64,000 nucleotides of DNA, taken from NCBI GenBank assembly GCA_964106915.2, contig OZ066920.1; one strand, 5' to 3'. Below, piece by piece: positions 63,003 to 64,000 of the stretch. The stretch is from Podarcis gaigeae. Taxonomy: Eukaryota. Under the pieces are notes generated by a model. That model was given only the letters and a program-made list of their open reading frames with translations. It did not search any database and was not told where the DNA came from. A program made the position numbers and the translations under genes. Numbering within the stretch: the stretch's first letter is position 1; every line of letters starts with the position of its first letter.

Positions 63003-63172
63003 TTCCTTCCACGAAAAGGAATACTACTAGTTCTTGTTCAAATAGCTTTTATCTGTCCTTTTTTATTTTTAAAGCAAAACCTGCATCATTTTGTTCCCTG
63101 AACTGTCAGTTCCATTCCAGCCTATCTGCAAGAATGGGCAGGCTGGATCGCTCCATGTGTTACTCTGCTGGA

Positions 63173-63214
63173 TTGGTCAACAGCGACACCCAGAGTCACA
63201 GTGAGAAAATGCAG
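63173..63214 (-). promoter_or_regulatory. CSE/CTCF-type promoter element of V11 (CGCT core)
   Basis: ttggtcaacagcgacacccagagt...gaaaatgcag. Confidence 0.8.
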
Positions 63215-64000
63215 GTGCTTCACACTAGAGTTGTAATCATTCTGCTTTTCATCATGACTTTTTTATTGCTGCTTATGCAGAGGTTATTTGATTCAACATT
63301 ACAGGACTATATCGCTGCTATTCAATTACCATTATTTTCCAGGACAAACAGCTCTGTGTGCAAGGTGTACAGTAATATAGCTATGATCCATATATATGAA
63401 TGGTGATGTTGTTTTTAAGGTTCAGGTGTCCTCAGATGTTGCCAACATTATAGCGGACTAACAAATTAGTGTCTGTTCCTATATTAAAAATGAGGGGAAA
63501 TTGTTTGCATTTTTTAATGGGGGGAGGGGATTGCTGATTATCTTACACTTAGGTGGCCTAGGGTTTTCTCTTTTTATTCTTGTTTTTGAACTTAAAACAA
63601 CAACTCCACACTGGTCACAGTAGTGTTGACGCTCTCTCTTCACAGCTTCTCAGTGGCTGCACTTCTTGGGAGTGATGGAATGCACATAGCGTTGTGCCAT
63701 TCCCAAGGCATTCCAAGAAGTGCCTCCTGCAAGAAACTGGAGAGTGCGTTGTGACAATTCCCTCCGGCCACACTTCCTGCAGTGCCATAGGTGATACATG
63801 ACATGATGCAGCATGACCTCCCCAAGGCATTCCAGGAAGTGCAGCTGATGGGAAGTGGCAAAGAGAGCCTTGCACTACTGCTACCGGTGTGCATTTAAAA
63901 AAAAAATAATGTGAAAAAGCAAGAAAAAAGGGGCCGAGAACCTTCAACCACCTCATAAAGTAAAGTAAGGTAAATGAAAACTCCCCTAAATACTTTGGTG

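Noticed and set aside
63615-63956. 113-aa ORF near the right edge and other short intergenic ORFs
   Set aside because: No recognisable motifs; they lie in repeat-like or low-complexity intergenic DNA.

Overview
Vertebrate genomic DNA, most likely from a lacertid lizard (judged from Sauria/POM-type SINEs), covering part of the clustered protocadherin-gamma variable region on the minus strand. Eleven variable exons are visible: ten complete and one cut by the left edge. Each complete exon is ~2.4 kb and encodes a signal peptide, six cadherin repeats, a TM segment and a variable cytoplasmic part, and ends at a phase-0 splice donor. All eleven have a conserved CSE/CTCF-type promoter element ~180-290 bp upstream. 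No constant exons are in the window. In transcription order (right to left) the exons read gammaA, (gammaB-X, gammaB-Y) x4, gammaA, gammaB-X, which looks like tandem amplification of a two-gene unit overlaid by patchy gene conversion. The most striking accessory element is a young ~2.3 kb Penelope-like retroelement (RT + GIY-YIG). It has 694-bp inverted pseudo-LTRs, each carrying a minimal hammerhead ribozyme motif, and sits in a (TA)n tract ~250 bp downstream of a Pcdh splice donor. Other highlights: a GC splice donor on one gammaA exon, a relic gammaA fragment, CpG loss in several CSE cores, and a second hammerhead motif from another Penelope-like family. I see no wholly new biological system; the novelty lies in locus-specific combinations of known components. 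Exons are numbered V1-V11 left to right.
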